Below are positions 1-10,963 of a DNA stretch of 62,436 bases, piece after piece. The stretch comes from a virus. Taxonomy: Duplodnaviria; Caudoviricetes. Position 1 is the stretch's first letter; each line of letters opens with the position of its first letter. Below the pieces are notes generated by a model, which was not told where the DNA came from, ran no database searches, and saw only the letters and a list, made by a program, of their open reading frames with translations. The translations under genes and the position numbers were made by a program. The stretch is taken from positions 1 through 62,436 of the IMG/VR virus record IMGVR_UViG_3300023440_000005; one strand, given 5' to 3'.

Positions 1-65
1 GTCAGATCCTTGATTGGGTAATATGAAAAAAAAAGACGCCTACATCAGCGTCTTATAAGTATAAC

Positions 66-1595
66 TTATATAGGTATTGGATAGTGCAACTCAGTTAATC
101 CCAAAATCCGGTCTTTAAAGAGTTGAATCTTATCAAGATGGTATGCTCTTTGTTTAGATATCTGATTTGAATACAAGTAAAAGAACTTAACATCTCTATC
201 TTTAAGATCTCTCAATCTACCCAATACTTGTAAGTTAGCTACAGGTGATGAAATACTATTAGTTAAAATAACAGAACGTAGGTTAGGAACGTCTATAGCA
301 ACCCCCATACTACCTAAGGTAGTCACTCGTATATCAGACTCTATAGCATTTACATATGGGTCTTTCTCCATATACCGTCTTATATCTAACGTAGGGAATT
401 TACTATGAAGATGGTCTAATATAGCATCACACATCTTCATAGTGGCCGCAAAAATAGCTAATTTATCACCATCCTTATAGTCAGTAATAAACCCAGTCTT
501 AACTACATTCTCAATAAGGGTCATAAATCCCTTTTTCACTTTGGCATTTTTAAGTATGCTTCGTTCGAATGCTATATGACTATATGATGTAGATCCCCTT
601 TCAGAGAACTTTATGTCACTATTTTTTAAATTAATGAAGTTATAAGAAATTGCTACAGTCTTAATATACTTCTCCATTTTAACTTTATTATAGCGGAGTT
701 CTTTAGGGAACATCATGTGCTGTATACTATCTAACATGCTATCGTTAGACATTAAAGTAGCGCTCAAACCTAACACCGATGGAACGTTAGCATTGGTGAC
801 TAGTTTATAAACTGCATGAAGGTGTTGATGTACCTCATCTATAAGTAATGTCCCTACTTGAAGATTCTCATACATCTCATCTATAGCTGTGGTAAATCCA
901 AGCTCTTCATAGTTACCATTATGACTTTCTATATCCTTTATAGCATTCTGGATAGTCTTAAGTGATATGATGTAAATCTTACAATTAGGTGGATTATTCT
1001 TAGCTGCATCAACTAACCCCTTTAACTGTTTACCTCCCCGTATACACATTATATCTTTAGGAGAGATATCTAATATCTCCATACAGTCACTAGCCCATTT
1101 CTCTATATAAGTAGGAAGTATAGCTATAACTATAGGATTATTTAGAGTACTGAGGGTAGCCAGTGCAGTTACAGTCTTACCAGTCCCAGTTGGCATAGAG
1201 ACCATTTTAGATCTCAACGCATCTCTATCATCTTTGAGTATATACTCCTTACAATCATTTTGATAGTCACGTAACACCCAACCATCACGTAATAACAATG
1301 AGCACTTCATAGGCGTATACAGACTTAGATATTCGATAGTATAATCACTATCGAATATACCACTATCAGACAACATGGTGATAAAAGGTTTCAATTGACC
1401 GATGTGTAATCGAAACTCTCTACTATCACCATGTATAGATACATACCGTTTTATGACTTTAAAAACCCTTCTACCTTTTACATTAACCCATCCTTTTATA
1501 GAGTAGTTATCGGATAGGGTATAGAGTACTCCACGTACTCTACTATTAACATCACAGACCCTAAAGTAGTGACTCCCTACTATTATCCTAAACAT
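66..1595 (-). CDS. SF2 (DExH, UvsW/XPB-like) helicase, phiKZ gp75-like
   Basis: Walker A MPTGTGKT, Walker B DEVH, motif III GLSAT, motif VI QVLGRLR; lies just downstream of the nvRNAP genes as in phiKZ. Confidence 0.9.
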   Translation of the reverse strand: MFRIIVGSHYFRVCDVNSRVRGVLYTLSDNYSIKGWVNVKGRRVFKVIKRYVSIHGDSREFRLHIGQLKPFITMLSDSGIFDSDYTIEYLSLYTPMKCSLLLRDGWVLRDYQNDCKEYILKDDRDALRSKMVSMPTGTGKTVTALATLSTLNNPIVIAILPTYIEKWASDCMEILDISPKDIMCIRGGKQLKGLVDAAKNNPPNCKIYIISLKTIQNAIKDIESHNGNYEELGFTTAIDEMYENLQVGTLLIDEVHQHLHAVYKLVTNANVPSVLGLSATLMSNDSMLDSIQHMMFPKELRYNKVKMEKYIKTVAISYNFINLKNSDIKFSERGSTSYSHIAFERSILKNAKVKKGFMTLIENVVKTGFITDYKDGDKLAIFAATMKMCDAILDHLHSKFPTLDIRRYMEKDPYVNAIESDIRVTTLGSMGVAIDVPNLRSVILTNSISSPVANLQVLGRLRDLKDRDVKFFYLYSNQISKQRAYHLDKIQLFKDRILGLTELHYPIPI

Positions 1596-1890
1596 ACATC
1601 AACCCTATTCCTAGATAGATGCCTACTGTTAGGGTACTCCCTATAATAGTGCCTACTAGAATTAACATAGTACGCTGTTTATCAGTAATTATAGCTTGTT
1701 TTTCTATATGCTCCTTATATAGGTTCCTCAACTGACTCACATGCAATCTATGTTTATCATCATTTTTCATAATTAAAGTAATGACGTCAGCCTTACGCAC
1801 CCACACACCATCTTTATGATTTCGCATGAGGATATTAGAATAACGATTTCCTAAAATAGGGGTATACTTCTTAATTTTCTGCCATGTCAT
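1588..1890 (-). CDS. Hypothetical protein with C-terminal transmembrane helix
   Basis: 100-aa ORF coupled to its neighbours; hydrophobic C-terminus MLILVGTIIGSTLTVGIYLGIGLMYV. Confidence 0.65.
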   Translation of the reverse strand: MTWQKIKKYTPILGNRYSNILMRNHKDGVWVRKADVITLIMKNDDKHRLHVSQLRNLYKEHIEKQAIITDKQRTMLILVGTIIGSTLTVGIYLGIGLMYV

Positions 1891-1898
1891 TTTTTCAC

Positions 1899-3905
1899 CT
1901 ATATTTTATTGTGATTTCCCTTCTTAATATCATAATGTTCCAGATAATTCTTAGGGTCTATATAAACATCAAGAATGCTATCAGGTCTATTTTCCTTAAA
2001 GAACGATCTGGGCGACGTTATTGTTTTATCAATAGTAATGTTGGTATATGCTATCCCCAATGATCTATTTCTAATAATGGCTGACCCAACTCCAAGTTTG
2101 GTAGAGTTATTCATTCTACCCATATGATAATTATCGAATCCAGGTATTGATATTGCATAGACTATAACCTCTAATAGTGATAAGTTAATATTTATTTTAC
2201 TATTAACTAGTGAGAAAAGTTCCAATAAGACTATCTGACTAGCCTTATCTGTACATCTAGACTTTATATGCTTAATTGAGGATTCCACTAGCGAACCTAT
2301 ATTATTACTATGATCACTATAACTATACTCTATAGCTGGTAAACTAAAAATAGGTTCGCTAAAATCCCACTTTGATAAATCAAATATAAAGTCATTTCTG
2401 TTATTAGACTTCCAACCATTTATTTTCAGATACCATAAGAACTTCTTAGTTAAAACGACTCGTTTGTTATCTTGTGCTAAATAGACAGTCTCCTCTGTTA
2501 TAATGCCATTATTAGAATATGATATATTTATATACTCTATAGCGGATATTCTAGATGGTATAATACCATCTTTGGTATCAATATTCTTAATATCCTCTAG
2601 GCCTGGTAACTGGCCCATGGTTATAGATATCTTAGTGTCTAGCATACTAAGATGACTATTGAGTATGTATACAGTCTTCTCTTTATCAGTCTTAAAGTAT
2701 TTTCTAGTAAGGTCATTCAATACTATTGAAGCGCCCAAGCTACTGAAGTCCAAATGCTTAGTGCATAGTATGCTTTGGGTTAAGATCTGGGTTAACGTTA
2801 CCACACTTAGATGTCCTAAGTTAGCGAATCTAGACTTATTATAACCCAACTCACCAAAACAATATATACATACGTTATGGGGATTACTACACTTACAATA
2901 TAATACAGATCTAACCTTTATAGTCTTATTATAAAGGTTAGGATCTTCACCAGTTATAGCAGTCAGAGTACCCTCATCATTAAGATAATACTTACCTATC
3001 ATAAAAGTAAGATCGCCTTTATAGGATATATTACCATTCTCATCGTATCTAGGTCCTTGCACAGTCCAGTCTAGATATTCTTGAGTCCCACAATCATGAT
3101 ATTCTAAATCCTCTACAACAATCCCTAAATGCTGTAACTTCCTAGCTATATTCTCACTATCACTAATCTTACTATCTGAGAAGTAAAGACTTTTAGCAGC
3201 AGATCTAGACTCCGCTACAAAATCATAAAGATTAGTTAGCCCATTGGTTAGATTACTCATAACCGCATTAGGTAGAATGCTACCATCAACTTCAGTGACC
3301 TTACCACGTACTGCTACAGCCTGTAACACTTGGTTAATACTAACTAACTTAGCATTAACTGCTACAACTACAGAATTATGTCTAAAATTACAATCATTAT
3401 AAACCACATCCCTGACAACATCATAACATTCATTGATAGACTTATAAGTATTTATAGTTTTATCTATCTGTTCTGATATGACCGGATGATCCACTAACTC
3501 TATAAAATCCAATATGTCTATAGTTGTTACATGCGTAGATGTATATTTAGGTAGTTCATTTTGTAGTCTAACTGTAAGGGTATAGAAATCCTCTAAAATA
3601 CCTTCCTTTTCTATAGGGTCGGTAACATTATAAGCTTCTAAAAACGCTACATATATCTTATCAATAAGAGCCGTATGCGTGGAACCTGTTAAGGGGTCGC
3701 CACCTAGTACCTCATCCACATAAAAGTCTTTACTTATAGGAATCAGAGGGTATTTACGTAGAACATCCCAAAAGAAGTTCGTATATATCATCTTATTTTT
3801 AGTAGCTTTGACTATAGAGTTATCTGGGAATCTTAGGGTGAATTGATTAGGTAGGCTATCTACCTCTATTTTCATATTATATATATCTAACGCTGATATT
3901 AACAT
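1899..3905 (-). CDS. Non-virion RNA polymerase beta' subunit, C-terminal part (phiKZ gp74-like)
   Basis: Bridge-helix-like ESRSAAKSL...ARKLQ, Zn-site cysteines DCGT/RSVLYC/VCIYCFG, trigger-loop-like TQSILCTKH; synteny. Confidence 0.88.
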   Translation of the reverse strand: MLISALDIYNMKIEVDSLPNQFTLRFPDNSIVKATKNKMIYTNFFWDVLRKYPLIPISKDFYVDEVLGGDPLTGSTHTALIDKIYVAFLEAYNVTDPIEKEGILEDFYTLTVRLQNELPKYTSTHVTTIDILDFIELVDHPVISEQIDKTINTYKSINECYDVVRDVVYNDCNFRHNSVVVAVNAKLVSINQVLQAVAVRGKVTEVDGSILPNAVMSNLTNGLTNLYDFVAESRSAAKSLYFSDSKISDSENIARKLQHLGIVVEDLEYHDCGTQEYLDWTVQGPRYDENGNISYKGDLTFMIGKYYLNDEGTLTAITGEDPNLYNKTIKVRSVLYCKCSNPHNVCIYCFGELGYNKSRFANLGHLSVVTLTQILTQSILCTKHLDFSSLGASIVLNDLTRKYFKTDKEKTVYILNSHLSMLDTKISITMGQLPGLEDIKNIDTKDGIIPSRISAIEYINISYSNNGIITEETVYLAQDNKRVVLTKKFLWYLKINGWKSNNRNDFIFDLSKWDFSEPIFSLPAIEYSYSDHSNNIGSLVESSIKHIKSRCTDKASQIVLLELFSLVNSKININLSLLEVIVYAISIPGFDNYHMGRMNNSTKLGVGSAIIRNRSLGIAYTNITIDKTITSPRSFFKENRPDSILDVYIDPKNYLEHYDIKKGNHNKI

Positions 3906-3926
3906 TTCTCTATTATCCTTTTATCA

Positions 3927-6035
3927 TTATTTATCTTCTGGCTCGTATTTAGGTATGAATCCTGCGCAAGACATTATATGTCTAACTAAAGCCATAGGTT
4001 TAGTATTCCCAAATGGGATCGTATCCCTATCTACTAGATTATCAATAGACGTTGGGTTATCACTTCGTAGTATATTGAAAAACATATTACGAGTTGTCTG
4101 CGGGTTATTAGATCTATCCATTATTTCTGCAGCTAACCTTGGATGTGCGTAGCTTGCTATAATTCTAGATTCTGATTCCCCGCAAGTTCTGGGACTTTGA
4201 TTCTTATAAGGTAATCTAAACTTCTCATGTTTTGTTAATGGGGTTATAATTCCAAAATGGTGTAATTTGCCACTATCACATGCTGCCCAATCATCAGCTA
4301 TTTTATCCAGTAACATATGGTAAATTGGAGCTATGCGAACATTCTTTACAGTTGTGACCTTATTACCATCATCATCCACATATGTGACTTTTCCAAAGGT
4401 AGGTTTGAACTCAGCCTCTAACTCTTTTACTATACACTTAGTCATCTTATCATTATTGACCGGGATATAGCTATAAATCATTTCATTGATAACAGTTACT
4501 AAGGTAGTTAACTTTTGCTCATCACCCAATGCTACATAAAACTTGTACTGCGTAGAGTTTATTATCTTAAAATACTTTAATAGTAAACTATAAGCATCCC
4601 TCCACTTATCTGAATAACTAAGTAGTTCTAAGTTAGCCTCTCCCTTTTTGAGATTAACCAAATTTCGTATTTTAATAGCTACGTCTCTACTAGCCCCATT
4701 TATATAGTGTTCATATAAAACACCTATATTGATTCTAGATACTATAGATGTGGGATCCATAATAACATCAGCTCTATTACCGGCTTCATCTACAGGCATA
4801 TCTTCATCTTCCCGTATTTGACAGACTACTCCTTTAGTCCCTTGTTTATTAGCCATCTTAGCCCCTTCATGTAATCCTGGATTCATATGATACTCTACTA
4901 CAATTTCTACCATATAGGTATCTAGTGGAATCTTTTTATAAAGAAGGTTTAGCTGGTTCTTATAATAAGGGTGTTTCTCATTAGTGTATACTAATGCCTC
5001 CACTATTGTATGGTGAAGTTTAGGGGAAAGGTTAAGACTCTCTTCGCCATACATACGTTTACGTTCATATCGTAACCTACTCTCAACTTCTAATATCTTC
5101 TTATTATAATTTAGAAATGCTTTCTGATACTTAACTAACTGTTCAGTCATGCCGCATGGTAGATTAGTACGTGATGCATTACTACCAATAACCTTTATAT
5201 CTACAACCCTACCGTTTGGACCTCGTAGATATACTGAGTTATCAAAAATATGATCTACTTCCATAGTGTCATATATAGACATCATGGATGGGGATAGTTT
5301 ACTGTCATATTTACGTAACGCCATCAATAAACCATCTCCCGTTAAACTTTCTCCTATATCAGGGAATATTTTATAGTTATCTACACTACCATGGATATTA
5401 AGAGGGAACTCCTTACTACCAAACTCCACTATTCTAGTATCATAAATAGTATAGTTAAACCTTTTAGCTGCAGATTTGGAAACTACAAACCCGTCTTCGG
5501 CAACACCTGGTACAGACATTAATGCTGTATTAAGATTAAGACCGTATGCATATCCACCATTAGCAGTAGCTGCTGGAGTATCTGCAAAAACAGTATCCTT
5601 AGCTATACTAGCCCCTGGAGTTAGTCTACCCATACCATCCTTAGCCTTATACTTAAATCCGAAGTATTGATCATTGCATAGATGATCTTTTATAGTAAAA
5701 CAATCTAGTTGCTTGGTAGACTCTTTCTCATATATCACTAAAGTTTCGGGATTATACCCCAAGACATCCTTACCAACACCCTTGGGATATCTTTCAATGA
5801 CGGCTTTAATGACACCATCCTCTGGCATCTTTATTGTAAAATTATATTTAGCTAACTCTTTTTCTATACCAGATACCATCATGGGTTCGTCGGGCTCATT
5901 TAAAACCAAATGCTGAGACAAATGGGTCGATGACATCACGCTTCTACTACTAGCTACATGGTAGCAAAATTGATTATAACTAGTAAGCCCAACTAATCTT
6001 GGGTCTATTTCATTAATAAATTCTTTCTTACTCAT
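3927..6035 (-). CDS. Non-virion RNA polymerase beta subunit, C-terminal part (phiKZ gp71-73-like), uninterrupted
   Basis: RpoB-like motifs SRSVM..HLSQ, G.NLNTA, AEDGFVVS, GAKMANKQGTKGVV, DVIMDPTSIVSRINIG, RTCGESE. Confidence 0.92.
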   Translation of the reverse strand: MSKKEFINEIDPRLVGLTSYNQFCYHVASSRSVMSSTHLSQHLVLNEPDEPMMVSGIEKELAKYNFTIKMPEDGVIKAVIERYPKGVGKDVLGYNPETLVIYEKESTKQLDCFTIKDHLCNDQYFGFKYKAKDGMGRLTPGASIAKDTVFADTPAATANGGYAYGLNLNTALMSVPGVAEDGFVVSKSAAKRFNYTIYDTRIVEFGSKEFPLNIHGSVDNYKIFPDIGESLTGDGLLMALRKYDSKLSPSMMSIYDTMEVDHIFDNSVYLRGPNGRVVDIKVIGSNASRTNLPCGMTEQLVKYQKAFLNYNKKILEVESRLRYERKRMYGEESLNLSPKLHHTIVEALVYTNEKHPYYKNQLNLLYKKIPLDTYMVEIVVEYHMNPGLHEGAKMANKQGTKGVVCQIREDEDMPVDEAGNRADVIMDPTSIVSRINIGVLYEHYINGASRDVAIKIRNLVNLKKGEANLELLSYSDKWRDAYSLLLKYFKIINSTQYKFYVALGDEQKLTTLVTVINEMIYSYIPVNNDKMTKCIVKELEAEFKPTFGKVTYVDDDGNKVTTVKNVRIAPIYHMLLDKIADDWAACDSGKLHHFGIITPLTKHEKFRLPYKNQSPRTCGESESRIIASYAHPRLAAEIMDRSNNPQTTRNMFFNILRSDNPTSIDNLVDRDTIPFGNTKPMALVRHIMSCAGFIPKYEPEDK

Positions 6036-6053
6036 AGTTGTATCTCCTGTTGT

Positions 6054-6090
6054 TTGATAGTCAACATGCTATCAATTATAGTATATATAC
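6054..6090 (-). promoter_or_regulatory. Putative early promoter (ATATATACTATA on the - strand) followed by a GATAG/CTATC hairpin
   Basis: ttgatag-N8-ctatcaa-ttatagtatatatac upstream of the nvRNAP beta gene; the same module recurs before five other genes. Confidence 0.65.
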
Positions 6091-6127
6091 CTGATTCTTT
6101 TACAATACACTCTTAGATATCTAAATC

Positions 6128-6460
6128 ATGTTAATAAATTCTTTAGAAACTAACTCACCAGATATATCATTTATGACTAGTAGCACTTTACAGATACTAG
6201 AGGATAATTTATTCTTATTTAAAAATGATCCCCTTAATAGAATTCTTCAAGTCAGTAACTTTCAGAATATTAAATACCTAGGGGATTTCTACGGTCTTTT
6301 AACAGATCTTCGTATAAATAAATCATTCCATTATCTAACATTAAGGGTAAACGATCTTAAAAATAGTACTTTATATATGGGAGATAAAGATATAATCATC
6401 CACCCTAATGTTGAAGAATTTAGACTACTAATCCAGATGGATAACGTTACAATTTTATAA
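6128..6460 (+). CDS. Small counter-oriented protein, possibly a LysM/T4 gp53-like baseplate component
   Basis: 110-aa ORF fills the gap; pattern KYLGDFYGLL...HYLTLRVN...IIHP recalls LysM-like wedge proteins (recall only). Confidence 0.5.
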   Translation: MLINSLETNSPDISFMTSSTLQILEDNLFLFKNDPLNRILQVSNFQNIKYLGDFYGLLTDLRINKSFHYLTLRVNDLKNSTLYMGDKDIIIHPNVEEFRLLIQMDNVTIL

Positions 6461-6508
6461 AAAAACTAACTGGTGCTCTTTACGAGTTACCAGTTAGCAT
6501 AGTTTAGT

Positions 6509-7789
6509 TTAATATAAGAATGACCTTGATTGTGAACCATCTGGATTAGTATACATAAATCTAGATGGCGGTTGTGGATATTGACCCTGGGGGTACGGTT
6601 GTTGCGGTTGTTGTCCTTGAGGGTACGGTGGTTGCGGATATTGACCTTGAGGTGGTTGCAGATATTGACCTTGAGGTGGTTGCGGATACGGTCCTTGAGG
6701 TGGTTGCGGATACGGTCCTTGAGGTCTATATGGATATTGACCTTGAGGCTGTTGTGGATATTGACCTTGAGGCTGTTGTGGATATTGACCATTCATAGCT
6801 CTAAAGTTCAAACTGCCATCAGGATTCTTACATCTCGATATAATATCAGCATTAGACTCAACTGGTTGAGGTACTGCATTAGCAACTACTGGCTGAGTTT
6901 GAATCGGGGTAGGTTCTGCAACTACTGGCTGAGTTTGAATCGGGGTAGGTTCTGCAGATGTATGTGAAGGTAGCTTACGTATTTCACCTACTATACTTTC
7001 AAGATCGCTAAATACCTCTACCCAATCACCATTAAATATAAGCTTATCACCATCATCAATGAAGTCCATATATTTATATAAAAGATCATTAATTTTAGAA
7101 GCTATCAGCATAGACCCATTAAAAGTAGCTTCTAATGTTGGTGCAACCCTACATATACCACCATAGTTATACTCCCCATCAACATCTATACCGGGGAACA
7201 TTAACTCAAATAACGCTTTATAAGTGGCTTTATCTTTTTTACGACATTTAAGATTATCGATATTCTTATAGAATGTGAAATCTACTACTGATAATCTAGA
7301 TACCCGTTTACCATTGATAACCCCAGATCTTTTAATATAGATGTCTACAAACACATTAGGGTTCTTCTTCATACTACTCACCATATGAGATATAAAGAAC
7401 TCTAGGGTTTTGTGATCGGCATTACTACTAATCGATAAAATATCTGATTGGGTAGAATCTAATCGTTTATGATATTCTGGACTTACTAGAATATTCAAAA
7501 GATTTTGAGCCACAACTCCTATACGCTGATTAAGTACAATATTTATTGTACTTTTCAGTTTCTTAATGACAGCACTATCCCCTCTTTCTAAAATGTTTTC
7601 AGATAACGGGTGAAATATCTCATTAGCTGGATTATAATTCCTCAAATGAGTATTGGTGGGCAATACCACCATCTTACCATTTACTTTCCACATTGGTTTT
7701 TCTTCAGATATATCTATATGAATATATCCATCCTCATCTACACTTAATCCACAATATTCAACTATGGATTTATATGTCTTTAAAATCAT
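6509..7789 (-). CDS. Conserved jumbo-phage protein (phiKZ gp70 position) with a Pro/Gln/Gly/Tyr low-complexity tail
   Basis: 426-aa ORF between the PicA-like and nvRNAP beta genes; GGAG RBS; PQGQYPQ repeats. Confidence 0.7.
   Translation of the reverse strand: MILKTYKSIVEYCGLSVDEDGYIHIDISEEKPMWKVNGKMVVLPTNTHLRNYNPANEIFHPLSENILERGDSAVIKKLKSTINIVLNQRIGVVAQNLLNILVSPEYHKRLDSTQSDILSISSNADHKTLEFFISHMVSSMKKNPNVFVDIYIKRSGVINGKRVSRLSVVDFTFYKNIDNLKCRKKDKATYKALFELMFPGIDVDGEYNYGGICRVAPTLEATFNGSMLIASKINDLLYKYMDFIDDGDKLIFNGDWVEVFSDLESIVGEIRKLPSHTSAEPTPIQTQPVVAEPTPIQTQPVVANAVPQPVESNADIISRCKNPDGSLNFRAMNGQYPQQPQGQYPQQPQGQYPYRPQGPYPQPPQGPYPQPPQGQYLQPPQGQYPQPPYPQGQQPQQPYPQGQYPQPPSRFMYTNPDGSQSRSFLY
6570..6790 (-). 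repeat. Imperfect 24-nt coding tandem repeat (PQGQYPQP-like units)
   Basis: Repeated ggatattgaccttgagg.tg on the + strand. Confidence 0.9.
6882..6956 (-). repeat. Exact 36-nt tandem duplication (AEPTPIQTQPVV x2)
   Basis: gcaactactggctgagtttgaatcggggtaggttct at 6882 and 6918. Confidence 0.95.
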
Positions 7790-7808
7790 TTCATCTCCAA
7801 ATTACCAG

Positions 7809-9221
7809 TTAAACTAAAAAGTCCTTAGTAGATTCCAGTAAGGTCTCTATATCGGATACTAAATTATTATATGTAGCTTTATTCTTATTTAAGATAGGTG
7901 TTAACATAGAATCGCAAAATGTAGGCACTACATATTCCACGGGACTACACCCACCTATCTGTATAGCTATCCTTACCTCCAGATAAATAGAGCAGTTAAT
8001 AGTTAGCATATAAGTATCTTGTATGTTAACCAACAGTTTATGAATAACTCCTGTTATGAATCTGTTAAGATTACCGACATTAAACCCCATGGTTAGACCA
8101 TGACATTCTAGTATCGTAACTTCTGAAGTCATATCACTAGTACAATTAGTAGCTGTAAAACTAATATCAGCTATAAAGTTTTCTATCAATATCCCAGGTA
8201 ATGCACTAGCAATAGTACTAGCTATCTGTGCATCTAGAGTAGCCGTATTCCACGACTCTGAATCTCTACTATGCATTAGATGATCACTATTAGTTAATAG
8301 ACAATCTGTTACAGACGTCACACCCGGATCTATAGTTTCTAGGTCATTGAAATTAAATGAGATGCCCGAACCATACCCTTTTATATTGGAAATGCTTCTA
8401 AATAGAGGATTACCCCTTAACGTACCCTCTTTTAATAGAGATACATCTTTAGAGCGATCATATATTTCGGAGTCGTACTGTCCATAATCCACTAATGACA
8501 GCCCTCTTTTATAATCTGAGACTATAGAAGAAATATACGAGGCTGGATTACTATTACGCCTACTTGACGTAATGTTATCATTTAAGATGTTCCTACTATC
8601 TGTAAATGGTATATTAACTTGATCCTCTGATGCATATCCGGCTTGTAGATATGCTGATTGTATTGCGCTGAACATGTCAGTAGGTCTTGATGTGTATATT
8701 GTAAGTGGTTCATAGCCATTCGCATAGTCTACAACTAACTCATTATTTATAACTTGAGCAGACTCTACCACTGAATCGTTATAAATCTCTCCGGTATTAG
8801 ATTGTAAAACCCCTCTTACTACTTTTATGTAACTGTTTATGTAGAATGTCATCTCAGGATCTATGTTACCCTGCAGGGTAACACCAGGCCTATCTGTAAA
8901 TCCTTGATAGTAATATATACCACCAGTGCCATTAACCGGATTCCATTCCACCACCATAAAAAACCTATTCCTCTTGGTATCCCAACCATTGGGAATTTGA
9001 ATCTGACTACCGGGGATTGCTGATGGGGATAGTGTATTATTAGCAATACCACTAAATAGACCTTCACCTATGGTATCATTCTTGCTGTTATACAGCCGTT
9101 CTGATATCTGATCTAACATAACTCCATCTAACTTTGATTCAAACGGTCTTTCATATATTGGGTTATATGTTCCAGTTTCCTGAAGTATTAACTTAGTTAT
9201 TCTTAATTCTTGACTATACAT
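7809..9221 (-). CDS. picA: Phage-nucleus protein import factor PicA/Imp1-like (phiKZ gp69 position)
   Basis: 470 aa; directly downstream of the gp68-like gene; N-terminal ETGTYN..Y.RPF and IPNGW...R.RF pattern typical of the family; mostly synteny. Confidence 0.68.
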   Translation of the reverse strand: MYSQELRITKLILQETGTYNPIYERPFESKLDGVMLDQISERLYNSKNDTIGEGLFSGIANNTLSPSAIPGSQIQIPNGWDTKRNRFFMVVEWNPVNGTGGIYYYQGFTDRPGVTLQGNIDPEMTFYINSYIKVVRGVLQSNTGEIYNDSVVESAQVINNELVVDYANGYEPLTIYTSRPTDMFSAIQSAYLQAGYASEDQVNIPFTDSRNILNDNITSSRRNSNPASYISSIVSDYKRGLSLVDYGQYDSEIYDRSKDVSLLKEGTLRGNPLFRSISNIKGYGSGISFNFNDLETIDPGVTSVTDCLLTNSDHLMHSRDSESWNTATLDAQIASTIASALPGILIENFIADISFTATNCTSDMTSEVTILECHGLTMGFNVGNLNRFITGVIHKLLVNIQDTYMLTINCSIYLEVRIAIQIGGCSPVEYVVPTFCDSMLTPILNKNKATYNNLVSDIETLLESTKDFLV

Positions 9222-9301
9222 TTAAAAACTCTCCTTATAATAATAGTAAGATGTAGTATTACATCTCGTTAGTGAGTACCAAACTATTTGGTTAAACAGC
9301 A

Positions 9302-10834
9302 TTAGTTGGTCTCGTTATCAATTATTAATTCAACGATTTTATTCTTGATATCAGGTACTATAGGACAGCGTTTAGTATTTGAACCAAATACTTCCACAAC
9401 CCTATCAGCTCTAGCAGTAAGTATCCAAGTATATAAACTTAACTCATCAACTAGCTCATTTACTGCATTTACTGCTATATTTATTACCTTTTGCTGGGCT
9501 TTCCTTTTACTATTCAAAACCCTAGTATATGGATAGTACTTAACAAATTTTTCTGCTAATTGCCCATCTAACTTCATCCTACCATCTACTGGCGAAATTG
9601 TAAGATCGCTAGCATCCTCATGGGGATATGTTGTTAGTAGCAGTGCTAGATAGTGATGTCCTCTAGACCACAAAACCTCTTCTGCTACACATAGCATCTT
9701 GGCTATAGTAAGCTTATTGAAGTAGGGCATACTTCTAACACTTATAACTCTCTTAAACACATATGCTAGCAATACTAACTTTATATCTACTATAATAGAT
9801 TTATTTATTATAGATACAGATTTCATTGTAGTGTCCAATGATTCTAACTGAATATTATGTGATAGTTGCTGTGCTATACCTCTTAAATCACTGATACTAT
9901 GCTCCAGTTCAACCACCTCACCAGGGGATATAGATGATTTAATTTTATAAGATTCTAAAATAGATATCTTAGAGCCCCCATCGGTTATGTTTTCATCAAA
10001 TACTTTCTCCTTATAAAGATTCTCATAGTTGTTATCTCTATTCTCAGCTTTCTGGTTTATATATCTATGTAGATATGATATGGCGTTATATTGATCATCA
10101 ATTCCTCGTAGATCACAGATTACTAACTTACGAACGCATAGATTACATAACAGCCAGTTTGTGTAATCTTCAGACGATATCCCCATGAGGATGCTGTCTG
10201 GTCTAAATTTATTGCCTAATATAGCTTCTATATATCGATATAACTTCAATACAGGTTCTAGATTATCAATGTTGGTATATTTAACTAAACGGAATGCATA
10301 ATACTCTTTAAAGTTGGTACCGCTGTTCTTTCTATTATTAGCAATATACTCACCCCATATACCCATCATAGGTCTGAGCATAAGACTTATGCACATTAGA
10401 TCAGAATAATCACTTCTGATATATGTCTTATCCCTACTAGTATTAATATCCACATTACGAACATATTCTGTTGGTATGTTAGAAGGTATGCGTATATTAG
10501 ATTTAAAACTGACATAACGTTTGAGATCATCAAATTGATGAAATTCATACAAAGCTTTAACTGCAAGGGCTATATCCTCTACCATGTTATCTTGGAAGAT
10601 TATATTAGTTAATAGCTCATGAAGTCTAACATAGATACTATATATAGCATCTTGAGTTTCTTCAGGCAATCCTGACCAGTATTTGTTAATTTCCTCAAAG
10701 ATATCATACTCAGCTTGAAAGGTCCTCCTCCCAAATACACTAACGCTAAATACTACAGACATACCCTTATGTTCTATTGATACCTCTGGGGGCTCAATAG
10801 CTAAATGTAAGTTGGTGCTTATAAACATCCTCAT
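9302..10834 (-). CDS. Non-virion RNAP promoter-specificity (sigma-like) subunit, phiKZ gp68-like
   Basis: 510 aa; DIFEEINKYW, TY.RSDY..L, PMMGIWGEYI, SILESYKI motifs; position in the core block. Confidence 0.75.
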   Translation of the reverse strand: MRMFISTNLHLAIEPPEVSIEHKGMSVVFSVSVFGRRTFQAEYDIFEEINKYWSGLPEETQDAIYSIYVRLHELLTNIIFQDNMVEDIALAVKALYEFHQFDDLKRYVSFKSNIRIPSNIPTEYVRNVDINTSRDKTYIRSDYSDLMCISLMLRPMMGIWGEYIANNRKNSGTNFKEYYAFRLVKYTNIDNLEPVLKLYRYIEAILGNKFRPDSILMGISSEDYTNWLLCNLCVRKLVICDLRGIDDQYNAISYLHRYINQKAENRDNNYENLYKEKVFDENITDGGSKISILESYKIKSSISPGEVVELEHSISDLRGIAQQLSHNIQLESLDTTMKSVSIINKSIIVDIKLVLLAYVFKRVISVRSMPYFNKLTIAKMLCVAEEVLWSRGHHYLALLLTTYPHEDASDLTISPVDGRMKLDGQLAEKFVKYYPYTRVLNSKRKAQQKVINIAVNAVNELVDELSLYTWILTARADRVVEVFGSNTKRCPIVPDIKNKIVELIIDNETN

Positions 10835-10854
10835 AACAACGTCTCCGGTTATTC

Positions 10855-10888
10855 GATAGCAACATTACTATCAATTATAGTATATATG
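10855..10888 (-). promoter_or_regulatory. Putative early promoter plus 5' hairpin module
   Basis: gatag-caacatta-ctatc-aattatagtatatatg upstream of the gp68-like start. Confidence 0.65.
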
Positions 10889-10921
10889 AGTCAATATATC
10901 TAACTACCTATTTTTTATTAG

Positions 10922-10951
10922 CTACAACTACTAGGATCCTAGTAGTTGTAG
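10922..10951. terminator. Perfect 30-bp palindrome, probable terminator
   Basis: CTACAACTACTAGGA/TCCTAGTAGTTGTAG right after the stop of 10964..11608. Confidence 0.65.
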
Positions 10952-10963
10952 TGAAATGTTATG

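Noticed and set aside
6487-6967. Overlapping ORFs 6487..6792, 6565..6798 and 6572..6967
   Set aside because: Alternative-frame shadows of the PQGQY repeat
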